This document shows positions 1 to 10,800 of a stretch of 64,000 nucleotides of DNA, piece by piece (position 1 is the first letter of the stretch; every line of letters starts with the position of its first letter). This DNA comes from a virus. The notes beneath the pieces are model-generated. The model was not told the origin of the DNA. It did not search any database and saw nothing but the letters and a program-made list of their open reading frames with translations. The position numbers and the translations under genes are program-made. The stretch is taken from positions 1-64,000 of IMG/VR virus record IMGVR_UViG_3300033145_001136; one strand, written 5' to 3'.

Positions 1-791
1 GCTTCACTAGTTGCGTATGTGCCACTAGGGGTGGGGTTTAACGGAACAGTTGGAGCCGCATTGATCAGCTTCCACGCCAAGATCTCCTGGTCCGGACTAC
101 AGAGACAGAACTTCGGAGCCATGGCGATTATCTCACCACGGAGATCCGTCTGCTTCCGCATGTAAGTATATGCGGTACGCAGGTTGGCCTCTGTTAACTC
201 GTTCTCACCAGAGATCAGGTTCGAGTGCCCTGATGCAAATAGAGCCACACTATCCGACATAGTGGGGTTGCCAATGAAGTACTCCCAGATGTCCTTATCC
301 AGGCCACGAACCGCAGAGCGTCCCATCCGTGTAGGCATGTTCTGCAATTGGTTCATGTCATCATTCACCAGAGTTTCCCACGAGATAGCGAACATACGGC
401 CATACTTCGCGAGCTGATAGCTCATGTCTTCATCGAGCATGTCGGACTCAACATACTCACCATGTTCTTTCACCTCGACCAGATACTCGGCCTCAGACAC
501 GCGAGAGCGGTAGTTTAGCCTGAAGTCCTTCAGATTACCAACCTCTGAAGTAATAACTCTCCATGACTCCGGCCACTTTTTGAAGCCTTCCAGCATTTTC
601 TTATACATCGTGTTACGCAGAATATACGGGAAGTCATCACGAGCAGCCGCTTCCTGCAGCAAGCGTGACGTGGAACCTGACTCAATAGAATTGAGTGCAG
701 CTTCCTGGAGAGCTGTGAGGCGAACTCCACTGGCCTCGGCTTCCTCCAGCCCTTCTCGGGCCCATTCCTGAAGATTAGTTACTTCTAACAT
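1..791 (-). CDS. Major capsid protein (Mu gpT-like, HK97 fold); 3' end runs off the window
   Basis: Not in the ORF track. Manual translation from ATG 791 (RBS AGGAGGGGGTGA) gives MLEVTNLQEW...RDDFPYILRNTMYKKMLEGF...LKDFRLNYRSRVSEAEYLVEVKEHGEY...YQLAKYGRMFAISWETLVNDDMNQLQNMPTRMGRSA...LFASGHSNL. The KYGR.F.ISWE.LVNDD pattern is typical of gpT-like capsids, and the gene follows the protease and decoration genes. Confidence 0.9.
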   Translation of the reverse strand, partial: MLEVTNLQEWAREGLEEAEASGVRLTALQEAALNSIESGSTSRLLQEAAARDDFPYILRNTMYKKMLEGFKKWPESWRVITSEVGNLKDFRLNYRSRVSEAEYLVEVKEHGEYVESDMLDEDMSYQLAKYGRMFAISWETLVNDDMNQLQNMPTRMGRSAVRGLDKDIWEYFIGNPTMSDSVALFASGHSNLISGENELTEANLRTAYTYMRKQTDLRGEIIAMAPKFCLCSPDQEILAWKLINAAPTVPLNPTPSGTYATSE

Positions 792-810
792 GATCCAGTG
801 TCACCCCCTC

Positions 811-1167
811 CTATATCTCCAAGTGGAAGATTACGCCGGTACCTGTGCGACCCAGTATGTAGGTATGGGTCCCACTATCGTACGCATAGCATGCCGACCC
901 AGCTTTAGTTCGCCCACCAGCATCAGTGTCTGACAGACGATCTTGGGTGGAGTCGTAGTATACGGACGCAAAAGCGGCAATGTCATCCTCGAAGTATGCA
1001 GAGTATCGATAACCACCATGACCCAACAGGGTGATGGTATCTCCGATAGCTGCATCTTTGGACGCAATTCCGACGAAGTTATTGACGATTACGATCTGCC
1101 CTGAGCTGACCGCCACATCAGCAGTCCACGGCAAATCCTTAAAATTAAAATATCTTGTAACGGCCAT
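811..1167 (-). CDS. Capsid decoration/cement protein (DUF2190-like)
   Basis: 118 aa with AVSSGQIVIV..FVGIASKDAAIGDTITL..HG and VYYD motifs. It lies between the protease-scaffold and capsid genes. Confidence 0.75.
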   Translation of the reverse strand: MAVTRYFNFKDLPWTADVAVSSGQIVIVNNFVGIASKDAAIGDTITLLGHGGYRYSAYFEDDIAAFASVYYDSTQDRLSDTDAGGRTKAGSACYAYDSGTHTYILGRTGTGVIFHLEI

Positions 1168-2525
1168 TATGAGGTCACCTCCTCAGTCGCTTCTTCTTTG
1201 ACATCGAGATAGGTATCGAAACGCTTCTGCGCTGCGGCCTTTGCTACTTTAGCCTCCTGCAACGGAGTAACCTTTTCGTCATCCTTCTCGGTGTCATTAC
1301 TTTCTATGAGGTTAATATGACCTGCTTCAGCCAGTTCAGCGAGTGTGTCCTCATGCTGTGCCTTCTCGGAGTCGATCGCTTCCTGGATAACCTCGTCTTC
1401 TGCAAGATAAAGCGGCGCGCTTTCAAGCAGTCGAACAATCGCGGCTTCAGGAAGTTTTGTGTCTTCACCGATTAGGGACATGATGCGACCACGCCCAATA
1501 AATTCAGATAAAGCAGTTTGAACATCCGTGAGGGATTCCTGAATTGCAATGAGGGTAGTCTCAGTGCTTTCGCGGAAACCGTCCTGCTCATCAATGCTTT
1601 CCCGAAGTTGGCTAACGCTGGTCTCAACCTGCTCGAGACGTTCTATATCCACGTCAGTTTCCCCTTTTTCGACCACCGTAGTGGTTTTGGACTCTTGGAG
1701 TTTCTCTACTTCACCCTGTAAGCCTATGACTTGTTCCTGAAGAGCTTTTGCACTCTCGACAGCGGCCTCTTCAACCGTTCCGAGGTCGGTCTTGTGCTCT
1801 TCCTGAAGAGCCTCAATCGCCTCTGTATGCGCGGTTGCCTGCGCCTCCAAAGCAGCGGTGTTCTCTTCAAGCAGCTCTCCTTTGACGGATTCTGTGATTT
1901 CGTCAAATAGATCAGGGCGAGCCTCCTTGAGTTCCTCAAGTTTGAGTTCGTCAAGCATAGCCAATTCCTCCTCAGTCTGGCCAATGGCCTCATGTAACGA
2001 TGTGATACCGCCTCCGGCAGCTTGTTCTGTGACGAAGTCGACGCTCTTCACTCGCTCAAAAGACTCGACGATTTTACTCATCTTCCCGTCAATCTTACCA
2101 AAACGCGTAAGACCTCGGGCGTTAATGGACAAACCTATTTCATCAAGATAACCATGTTCTTGCGCTCGGCCAACGATATTGCGGAAATTTCCACCATCGC
2201 CATCTCGTAACGCAACGCGACCTACTAATGCCTTAGATCCGTCGCCAATATCCTCTACCCAACTCTCAAGCAATGTTGCAGTCCAATCACGCATTTTACG
2301 TGCTTTGGTGTTGTTGGGAGTGTCATGGTCAACATACATCTTCAGCTTAGGTTTAAATAGCTCTACTGTCTTCGGACTTTCTAGAAGCTCTGTAGAATAA
2401 TAATTACCGTTTGCTGAACGACCAGTCTTTAGGAGCACTACTTCCATAGTACCTTTATCAAGGTCCGTGTTACGTGCTTCTAATAGACTTAGTATTTGTA
2501 GATCACTAGCCATAATTTTATACAT
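1167..2525 (-). CDS. Prohead maturation protease fused to an acidic coiled-coil scaffold
   Basis: N-terminal protease motifs GRSANGNYYS, YVDH (His), IGLSINARG (Ser) and SVDFVTEQAAGG (Asp). The C-terminal ~270 aa are Glu-rich coiled coil. The start may be ATG 2513. Confidence 0.85.
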   Translation of the reverse strand: MYKIMASDLQILSLLEARNTDLDKGTMEVVLLKTGRSANGNYYSTELLESPKTVELFKPKLKMYVDHDTPNNTKARKMRDWTATLLESWVEDIGDGSKALVGRVALRDGDGGNFRNIVGRAQEHGYLDEIGLSINARGLTRFGKIDGKMSKIVESFERVKSVDFVTEQAAGGGITSLHEAIGQTEEELAMLDELKLEELKEARPDLFDEITESVKGELLEENTAALEAQATAHTEAIEALQEEHKTDLGTVEEAAVESAKALQEQVIGLQGEVEKLQESKTTTVVEKGETDVDIERLEQVETSVSQLRESIDEQDGFRESTETTLIAIQESLTDVQTALSEFIGRGRIMSLIGEDTKLPEAAIVRLLESAPLYLAEDEVIQEAIDSEKAQHEDTLAELAEAGHINLIESNDTEKDDEKVTPLQEAKVAKAAAQKRFDTYLDVKEEATEEVTS

Positions 2526-2628
2526 ATCCTTAGTGAATGCGGTTCGTCAATATTGAATCGGTACAATATTACATATTATATAGAACCCTATACATAATGC
2601 GTACCAATTCAAAATTATTATATCTACT

Positions 2629-3168
2629 CTACTTTGTAGCTGCATCTACTTGTATTGTAACTTTGTGACCCTTCTTAGATTCTCTTGCCGCACTTCCTTC
2701 ACGACTTACAACAGAACGTAGAGCATCTGTAAAGAGTTCACTAAACTTCCATCCATATCTATCTATGAATTTCTGTTTATCTTTATCATTTGGCGCGGTC
2801 ATAAGAATCTGCATCATACCAGGCGATGAATCCATAGATAGCTTAATCATTGAGATAAAATTATCGTCAGATACACCAGAAACTGGCATAGCGCCTTCAT
2901 ACGATTCTTGCAGTCCCTCTGCTATGATCATGTCCATAAGACTGGCGTCCTCACCAAGTGCTTCACGTATCTTCTTGGACATGCCGCCCTTTTTCTTCCG
3001 CTTATAATGCGCTATCGCAACTGCCCACGGATCTTTCGCTCCATCGCCCTTCGCTTTAATCCCTTCAGCCATCTTGGCTATGGAATTTGCGATAGATAGC
3101 GTAAGCCCATCCCCATACGCGTTTTTAATCCTAGCGGGAACCTTTCCTAATGAACTCCACGGCATCAT
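2629..3168 (-). CDS. Head-module protein with a ChaB-like N-terminal domain
   Basis: MPW....VP..IK...ANSIA..AE....DPWAVAIAHYK resembles ChaB-like domains found next to or fused with phage proteases. It carries IREA, LQES and ARES motifs. Confidence 0.45.
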   Translation of the reverse strand: MMPWSSLGKVPARIKNAYGDGLTLSIANSIAKMAEGIKAKGDGAKDPWAVAIAHYKRKKKGGMSKKIREALGEDASLMDMIIAEGLQESYEGAMPVSGVSDDNFISMIKLSMDSSPGMMQILMTAPNDKDKQKFIDRYGWKFSELFTDALRSVVSREGSAARESKKGHKVTIQVDAATK

Positions 3169-4151
3169 CTTCTCCTTTTGCTATCTTTTGGTTTCTTACG
3201 TTTTACCGCAGCTTTTTTAATGAGACGAACGCTTGCCGCAGCAGCAGCCGGTGTTAACATCGGCATAGCATGTAATACAAAAGCGGTGCGATTAGCTAGC
3301 TTAGTCCTTTTAAGTAACTCTTTACTTGCACCAGAAAGTCTTAAGTAATTTACTCCGCGTTTAGAAGCACTATATTCGTGCATTAAATGTGGTACACTAT
3401 ATGTCGCCAATGCAGCGGGTGTTAAATCACCAAATATACTAGTTGATGGTGTTAGTAGAGCAACCGCCAATCCACCTATGGCTACGCCACCTTTAGCCAT
3501 TCTGCTTCGTACCGCCAACGTACTTCTCTTTGGGCGATCTATAAATTGCCTTGCGTGACCTAGTTCGTGTGATAATACCCCAGCCCCACCGCCAAAATCT
3601 TGTCCAGCATACAACATACCGCCAGGATATTTCTTCGCCAAGATTGCAAATTCTGCCTCGCCAGTTATTTCGTGTGCCTGTCTTAGGGCTTTATTCGGAT
3701 AAAACGTACCGTCCATCCCCCACATCATATTTGAATCCATTGCGGCAGATCTAACATTAACCGCTACTCCCATCTTTTGTGCTCTAACCGCCAATCTATC
3801 GAATTGTTTGCGATCTGTCTCTTTAGACGCTAGCTCAAGTTCATGATATAATTTCTGTAGCTTACTTGTTCCTGGTAAAGATTTATATCCCACTTCTATC
3901 CGTCTATTTGGCATACCGTGTATTTTCTTTGGCTGACCTGGTTTAAAATACGGATTCTTTTTAAGTATGCCAAATTTATTATGTTTGCCCACCATAAATC
4001 CCTCAAACGCTGGTACTGTGGCCACTACTGTGCCAGCTACTTCACGTTTAATGGCACTTTCCCGTTTCTTTTTAAATTTGCCACCCGATCCCCTAGGATG
4101 TAGCTTCTCTTCCCAAGGCAAATGTCTTATGGCTTCTTGTAAAGTTAACAC
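3165..4151 (-). CDS. Membrane-associated zinc metallopeptidase-like protein (YugP/Zn_peptidase_2-like) with an N-terminal HPRG motif
   Basis: HELGHARQ, then a hydrophobic segment (GGVAIGGLAVALL...AALATYSV), then EYSASKRGV.YL. This is the HExGH...TM...ExxASxR layout of YugP-type peptidases. N-terminus is LQEA...WEEKLHPRGSGGKF. Confidence 0.6.
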   Translation of the reverse strand: MLTLQEAIRHLPWEEKLHPRGSGGKFKKKRESAIKREVAGTVVATVPAFEGFMVGKHNKFGILKKNPYFKPGQPKKIHGMPNRRIEVGYKSLPGTSKLQKLYHELELASKETDRKQFDRLAVRAQKMGVAVNVRSAAMDSNMMWGMDGTFYPNKALRQAHEITGEAEFAILAKKYPGGMLYAGQDFGGGAGVLSHELGHARQFIDRPKRSTLAVRSRMAKGGVAIGGLAVALLTPSTSIFGDLTPAALATYSVPHLMHEYSASKRGVNYLRLSGASKELLKRTKLANRTAFVLHAMPMLTPAAAAASVRLIKKAAVKRKKPKDSKRRR

Positions 4152-4828
4152 TATTTTACACCCCCTGCTACCGACGCATTTAATTTCTTCCTGGCTTTTC
4201 TCACACTTGCGGCACGTATTGAATCCGTGCGCGCTACATCTCTCGGGAATGCACGTCTCATATATTCGGTAAATCGCGCATCTCGTGCCTCTGCCTGTAA
4301 CAATAATACCTCTTCCGCTCTGCGCCTAACCCCTTGCCAATTTACATTTCTCGATGCATCCCGTCTCTCTGGTGTAATCGGAAAGAACATTAAATTACGA
4401 TATATAGCGACTTTCTTGCTGGTAGGTCCAACTCGCGTAGATACCGGAGGAGTAGTAGTAAAATAGCCGTGGAACCCCCTTGGATGTTTGCCCTCTTTCC
4501 AACGTGACAAATATGCCGGTTGTCTTGGCTTCCGTGGTTCTTGTTTTGCTTCAGTTATGATTTTGGGGTATCTAAACGACGGATCTAGCATAGACAATTG
4601 ACTAAATGCCTGACTAAATAACCGCTCTATATCTGTACGATGCTTATCAAGTAATACACGTTTCTGCTGTACTCCTTTTGCACTCTCAAGGAGCCGCACC
4701 AGATTTGGACTTAGCCCTCTTGCCCTATCCCAGAGTCGCTTATGCTCGGCAGCATTTAGAAATGGGTATATGTTCCAAGGTACTTTAGTAGCCACAATAC
4801 TTACCTCCATTTTTAGTTTGGGATACAC
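4151..4828 (-). CDS. Basic hypothetical head-module protein with an HPRG motif
   Basis: 225-aa Arg/Lys-rich ORF containing WKEGKHPRGFHGYF. The true start is probably GTG near 4795, which follows a GGAGGT RBS. Confidence 0.6.
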   Translation of the reverse strand: MYPKLKMEVSIVATKVPWNIYPFLNAAEHKRLWDRARGLSPNLVRLLESAKGVQQKRVLLDKHRTDIERLFSQAFSQLSMLDPSFRYPKIITEAKQEPRKPRQPAYLSRWKEGKHPRGFHGYFTTTPPVSTRVGPTSKKVAIYRNLMFFPITPERRDASRNVNWQGVRRRAEEVLLLQAEARDARFTEYMRRAFPRDVARTDSIRAASVRKARKKLNASVAGGVK

Positions 4829-4834
4829 ATTATA
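4829..4834 (-). promoter_or_regulatory. Candidate -10 element (TATAAT) upstream of the HPRG/protease/capsid genes
   Basis: Perfect TATAAT on the minus strand in the short AT-rich gap after the giant gene. No canonical -35 is seen. TATAAT also occurs at 2575-2580 upstream of the protease. Confidence 0.35.
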
Positions 4835-4873
4835 GGAGGAGTATATATTTAATAGTTACTGCTGGAGAATTAT

Positions 4874-7800
4874 TTACATGTATTCTCTCAATACCTGCGC
4901 CATGGTCTGCTGTACATACGCCACAACCTCAGGATAAAAGGAGTCAGTAGCGGCATCCACCACTAGCGTACTTGCTATATCTTTATCTATCCATCCATAT
5001 TGTCTATGTGAGTGTCCATCCTCAATAATCTTATTAACATTCGCCAAAATACGTTTCGGATCGAACCTGGAAGTAAGCTGTCCAGATTCTGCATATTTAC
5101 GTACCACTTCTTCGATAATGGTTTGTGTATGCAACACTGTATTTGTATCTCTGGCTAAACTACCTCGTACTAATTGATCTGCCCTATCTGGCGTCCTTAG
5201 TTTAATTAACTTCTTTGCCCACAACGCTTCTCTATCTAATGCGTCTACAGCGATACGATTAATACCGGATGTGCGAAATACCCTCTGAAGCATACCAAAA
5301 CTTATATTATCACCTCGCGACAATAATTCCAACTCAAGTTCTGTTTTCAGTCGTCCAAAATCACGTACCATATACCGTAATTCTTGCTTATTCATCCCTT
5401 GTATCATGTCCTGCGGTACACCATTATCAATCAACAAATTCCAGAGTTTTGGCTCCGAAAGCTTATTTAATTCTTGATATTGATAATCTATCTTTTCATA
5501 TGGTGAACGTATCTTTATTAATGTTGGTTTACCCTCACGCACGAAACTCATCCGTATTGCCTTCGGAAGCTTACCCTGTGCAACCTTCCAATCACCTGCC
5601 GCCTGTCCAAGTCGAGCCTTTGAGATATTTGGTAATTTTTGCGCCAGCAATTCTGCGGCAAGTTTTTCCTTATTAGATTGCGAGAAAATGCGAGCTATCT
5701 GTTCATGATATAATGATCTCTCCCTATCCCTCAATATCTGTACTAGATCGCCAATTGGCAACTTATCCCAACCCGTAGCTGGCTCCGGAGTAGCCATTCT
5801 TGTCAATCTATCTATTACCTCTGGTTTGTTCATCCCCACTATAGCACGTGTTCGTTCCAAATATTTCTCTACCTCATGTGCCTTTGCCATAATAGCCATA
5901 TCAGTCAATGTGTATTCATTAATGCCGTACATTTCCCCAGTATCTGTGATTGCTACTGTGATGTCGTGCTTTTTACCAGCCACATATCTCGGCAAATTTG
6001 TGATCCTTGTTAATTCTGGATTCTCTGCAACCGGAATTTGTGTTTCATCTAAAATAGAACCAATTCTTCTGCCTATTAATTCCGTAAATTTCGGATCTAA
6101 TTCATCGAACAAACGTGCCTGCGCCTCAGGCGTCATGTTATGCCAGAGCCTATCAATTTGCTCATCAAACACATCTGCAAGAGCCCTACTCTGGTAATCA
6201 GCCCCAAATACCGGCAAGTCTATTTGTCCCTCTGTCCCTAATGCGCGACGCCTATGTGTTAACATCATCCGTAGCCCCTGATCACTAATCTCTTCGAGGC
6301 TTGGTTCATGCCCAGATACATATCCATCAGATATTTTAACCAGATAAGATCGCGCTTCTTCGTTTTGCTCCATGATTTCTTCCCAACCACGGAACTGTTG
6401 CTTGTGTGCCAAGCCAGAATCTAACGCAGCCTTCTTGTGTGTGAGTTGGCCCTTAAATCCTTCTGTAGTGGCGGATCTGGTGCCATTCCATATAACGTCC
6501 TCTATTTCATCTGGATTAGGAGTTCGTCCTAGAACACGTTTCAAATAATCATATATTCGATCTATCGCCTTTGCGCCTGTAAGGGTTTCCCCTGTATTTG
6601 TAATAATTATCGATTCAGCTTCCAATAGAGTAATTGCCGGGATAACGGGTACTTGCTCCGCTACTGCTATCGCTAAGGCATCAAAGGGATGTGGGGTCAT
6701 AATTGCCCTGACCCACGAGGTTGCTCCAGAATCATCAGCTACATCACGAGCCATATCAAATCCAGAATCACGCAACGCCATATGCATTGCTGTTTCTGGT
6801 GGGTTATCTTCCAAATATCTGACAAGATTTCCATATATTTCTTCTGTAAAGGGTAAATCGGGATATTTGTCAGTAAACATTTTGCTTGCTTTTTCAAATC
6901 CAACATCCTTGCTACCAAATCCGAATTTGTGTAGCCCGGTAACTGTTTGTAGTAACCTCTGCTTTAAATTTGTTACATTTGATGCCTGAGCCAACCTAAT
7001 AACATCTTCTACGGTTTGTGATGCAGGCGATCTGCCAGCACGCTCTAATATGCGTGATCTACTAGCAGGATTCATCAGCATTTCCTGTGCAATCTTAAAT
7101 GGATTTGGTACCTGTGGAATAACCGCTGGCCCAAACGGCAATTTGCGTAACACGGATCTAGTCAACATCTGTTTAGCATAGGTACGCAACGATTCTCTAC
7201 CCCATGCTTTACTATATTCTATAGCATAATCCTTAGTCATCGCCCCGGCTATACGTGCGGCTATACCGGCTTTCTGAAGTTTGTTTTTTCTATCTTCGGC
7301 TCCACCAAAAAGCCCCGACCTTAATGTAGCCGCCTTACTTGGTCCAAGTATATCATTTTGATCTCCAGGATTCTTCCTAATAGCCCAGGCAAGCCACTGG
7401 TGCGATACTTTATCACGCTCCTCTTCATCGTACATTCTATCCAAATCTTCCAGACCTATTATTCGGATAGGCTTCATTCTATGCTTCTTCGGTTCATAGG
7501 TTGGTACAATACGTGATAATTCGTCAATTTGTTTTGTATCTAGTCCAATTAAGCGAAGCTCATGTAGCGAAACCAATATACCAACATACAAACACCTACA
7601 CTGCGAATGTGCCGGTATAGCTGGTCTTGGCTCTTCGAGCAAATATGTCTTACCCGCTAATGATCTGCAATGTTGACATGTATTACCATCCAATATCGTG
7701 ATCCTCTTAACCTTCTCAAATACATCGTTATTCTGCTGGTAGAAATCCTCCAAAGCAAGGTTAGCTCCAGCATATGATATATCTTTGGCCAAAATCTCTG

Positions 7801-10800
7801 CTTGCATCCGTGGATTAATCCCCTTTACAAGCACTTTACCATCTTCTTGATCCATAAATGAACGAATCAAATCATCTATCGCTGTAGTAACTGCTTTACC
7901 ATCTTTAATATCGCGCTCTAATTTATCAACCATATCCAACACACTAAAGCCACGTTGAATTTCGATATTTTTCCAATATGTATCTACTGGCAACCCTGCA
8001 ATGTTAACGTAGTCATTAATCCTCGCAACGCGCGCCTCAAGAAGCTTTGGATCCACTGTAAGTCTAATACCCGGCAATAGAGCTTCAACGTCCTGGCCAT
8101 GTATCTTAGTTATCGCGCGATACATACGCCCCATCGCATCTTCTACAGACCCACTCATTCTAGCAGTTATTCCACCATCAATCCCTTTCGCAGTTGCCCG
8201 CACCCATCTTTTGCTCCATGGCTCTATCTTTGGCATATCGTATGCTATCCACCGTCTTGGTAGTTTTCCACCAAGCACATCAACTACGTCCTTTTTTAAT
8301 CTATCAAATGCCTGTATTGCTCGTAAATCTCTATACACTGCATCACCATATAATTCCGCAAATTCTACAAATGCTTGTATCTGCGCTTCCGTAAACGGCG
8401 ATAATGTTGCACGCAGAAGCTTTACCAATGACGACCAAGCTGGCTCCACAATCTCATCAAGCTTATTGATAGCATACATCATGCGAATAGCTAGCCATGT
8501 CTCTTTATCTGCTACCCGTGTTTTCTGGAGGCTATAATCTAATACAGCTTGTTCGCGTGCTCGTACTAATTCATCGATCCGTGCCCTTCTATCTGTTTCT
8601 GTATGTAGCCCAAATTTGGCCTCGTGCTTCTCTATAGATATGAACTCTTCTTCCAACAGTTTAATTTGTGCATCTATCGTCGCTAATCTTGATTGCATAC
8701 CATTAAGCTCATTAAAGAATTTCTTAATAGTATCTGTTTGAACCTTTATATCAGAAAACTTCGTATATCGTATATTGTTAACCCCCTTAATTTGCCATTG
8801 TGTCCAGCTAATTCCTGTTAAATGCTCAACATCATCTACAATAGATTTAGCCCATGTAGCCCACCACTGCTCAGGAGCCAATTCTCGCAAATCATTATAC
8901 CCACTTGCTATGCCGTGCTCGAGATCTTTAATCTGTTTTAAAATCGGTGCCTCACGTTTACTAAGCTTAGCTGTCTTGTTTTCAATCTCTCGTATCCTAT
9001 CTGGTGTGAGCCTAAACCTGGTCTTACCATAGTGCTTATCTATCCATACCTGCTCCTCTGCAATGTCATCCTGAATCGACATAAGTTGTTCTTGTAATTT
9101 GGCTAATTGTTGCATTTTACGAGTAATCTGTGTCTCAACTCTATCGTAAAGTTCTGGTCGTCGTTCTGCAGTAACAGATATCTGACGTAGTTTCTGTTCC
9201 AGGGTCATATCCGGATTCATGCGCCACATTGCCTTTGCACGTGGGGCAGACTTAGTCTCATAATCGATTACCCACTCACCAAGCTTATCATCGAACTTAA
9301 ATAATTTAAGGTCTACTACCGCATTATCTGGGGCCTGCAATCTACTCAAAAATTTAATGATGTCTTCATGAGTGCGCATTCTATGTTGCAGGCTGGCCAG
9401 CTCGTCATCTAAGCGGGCTCGGCTCGATGTTAGCAACTCGCGATATTTCTCATATGGATATGCCGCATATAATTCGTCACGCACAATAGTCATGCGCCTC
9501 GATAAACGATCAATATTTGATTCCAAACCACGCACTTCTTGTAATCTCTGTATTAGTTTCTCATACTCAATTAAGTTAACTTGCTTACTAGGCATGGCTC
9601 GAATCTCTTTTAATCGCGCCAGAATAGTGGCATGTTCGGATGATTCCACAAACTTGCCATATTTTGCCTGTGCTGTTGCAAGTTGCTCCCGTACCATGTG
9701 ATACTGTTTACGCATAGTCTCGTTGGACATCTTTTGGACACCACGCTCAAAGTCCAGATCATCCAATTGTTTATTTAAACTGGCAGTGGCCCTACGCATA
9801 GTTGGATCTTTAATCGGCTCTACCAGATGCTGTGTTTGCCTAAATACAAAGTCTGCCTCTACTCCCTGTGCCTGATAGCTCTTAACCCATTCTCTACGCA
9901 CCTTGTCCATGTTTTCTAGTGCATCTAGTAATCCCTTACCTTCTTCGTTTCTTGTTAAAACTGCACGCCACTTACTGACTTTATAAAATTCCTTCGCGTA
10001 GTCCGCACCAGGGTATTCATCCATAATAATATCTATCATTTCAGTTTTAGTTAATTTGTTTATACGTCCTCGTACCCGGCTAAGCATTCTGCGCTCATTA
10101 GTTTGTGGGTCCTTTGTAGTCTGTATAAATTTTTTCAACGTCTCCTTGCTCTCAACCTTAAGCATAACTTCGTATCCATATGGGTCTCCCTTAGTTACCC
10201 ATGTCATAATATCACGCGCTCGTTGCAATTGTTCTGGCCGTGCCACTGTTTTATATATATCTTGCACTTTCTTTACGCGCTCGATAGCACTTATGTATGC
10301 CCTACCTTCAACACTTAAGCCAATCCGCCGCACCCCTCGTTCCATCCCTGCCTTTGTAATCCTGGCAAAGGCGTTCTCTGAAAAACCGAACTGCCAACCC
10401 GTAGGTCGTAACAATGCTGACGCACCAACACTATCCCGTACACCTGGCAAATATTTTGGTACCAGCCAATCTCCATCTTTATAGAGAGATGCTAACACTC
10501 GCGGCCCACCTATAATGCTCTTACGATATGTCGGATGTGTTTGTACGCCGGCTGCATTTATGATATCATGTACAACCCGTAATTTACCATCTTCTGTAAG
10601 ATATAACTTAAACGTACCTATGGCATCTGTCTTTACAAATTGCTCTGTAACCAAACTTTTAACCTTCACTGGCCCAAGGTTTAATTGTAATTCACCCCGC
10701 ATTAATTTAAGTCCCCAGGCTTTAAGATCCTTCTCCGGTAAACGTATTAAATCACCAAGTAGCTTATCAGCTCTTGTGATTGATACAACTGTACCATGTA

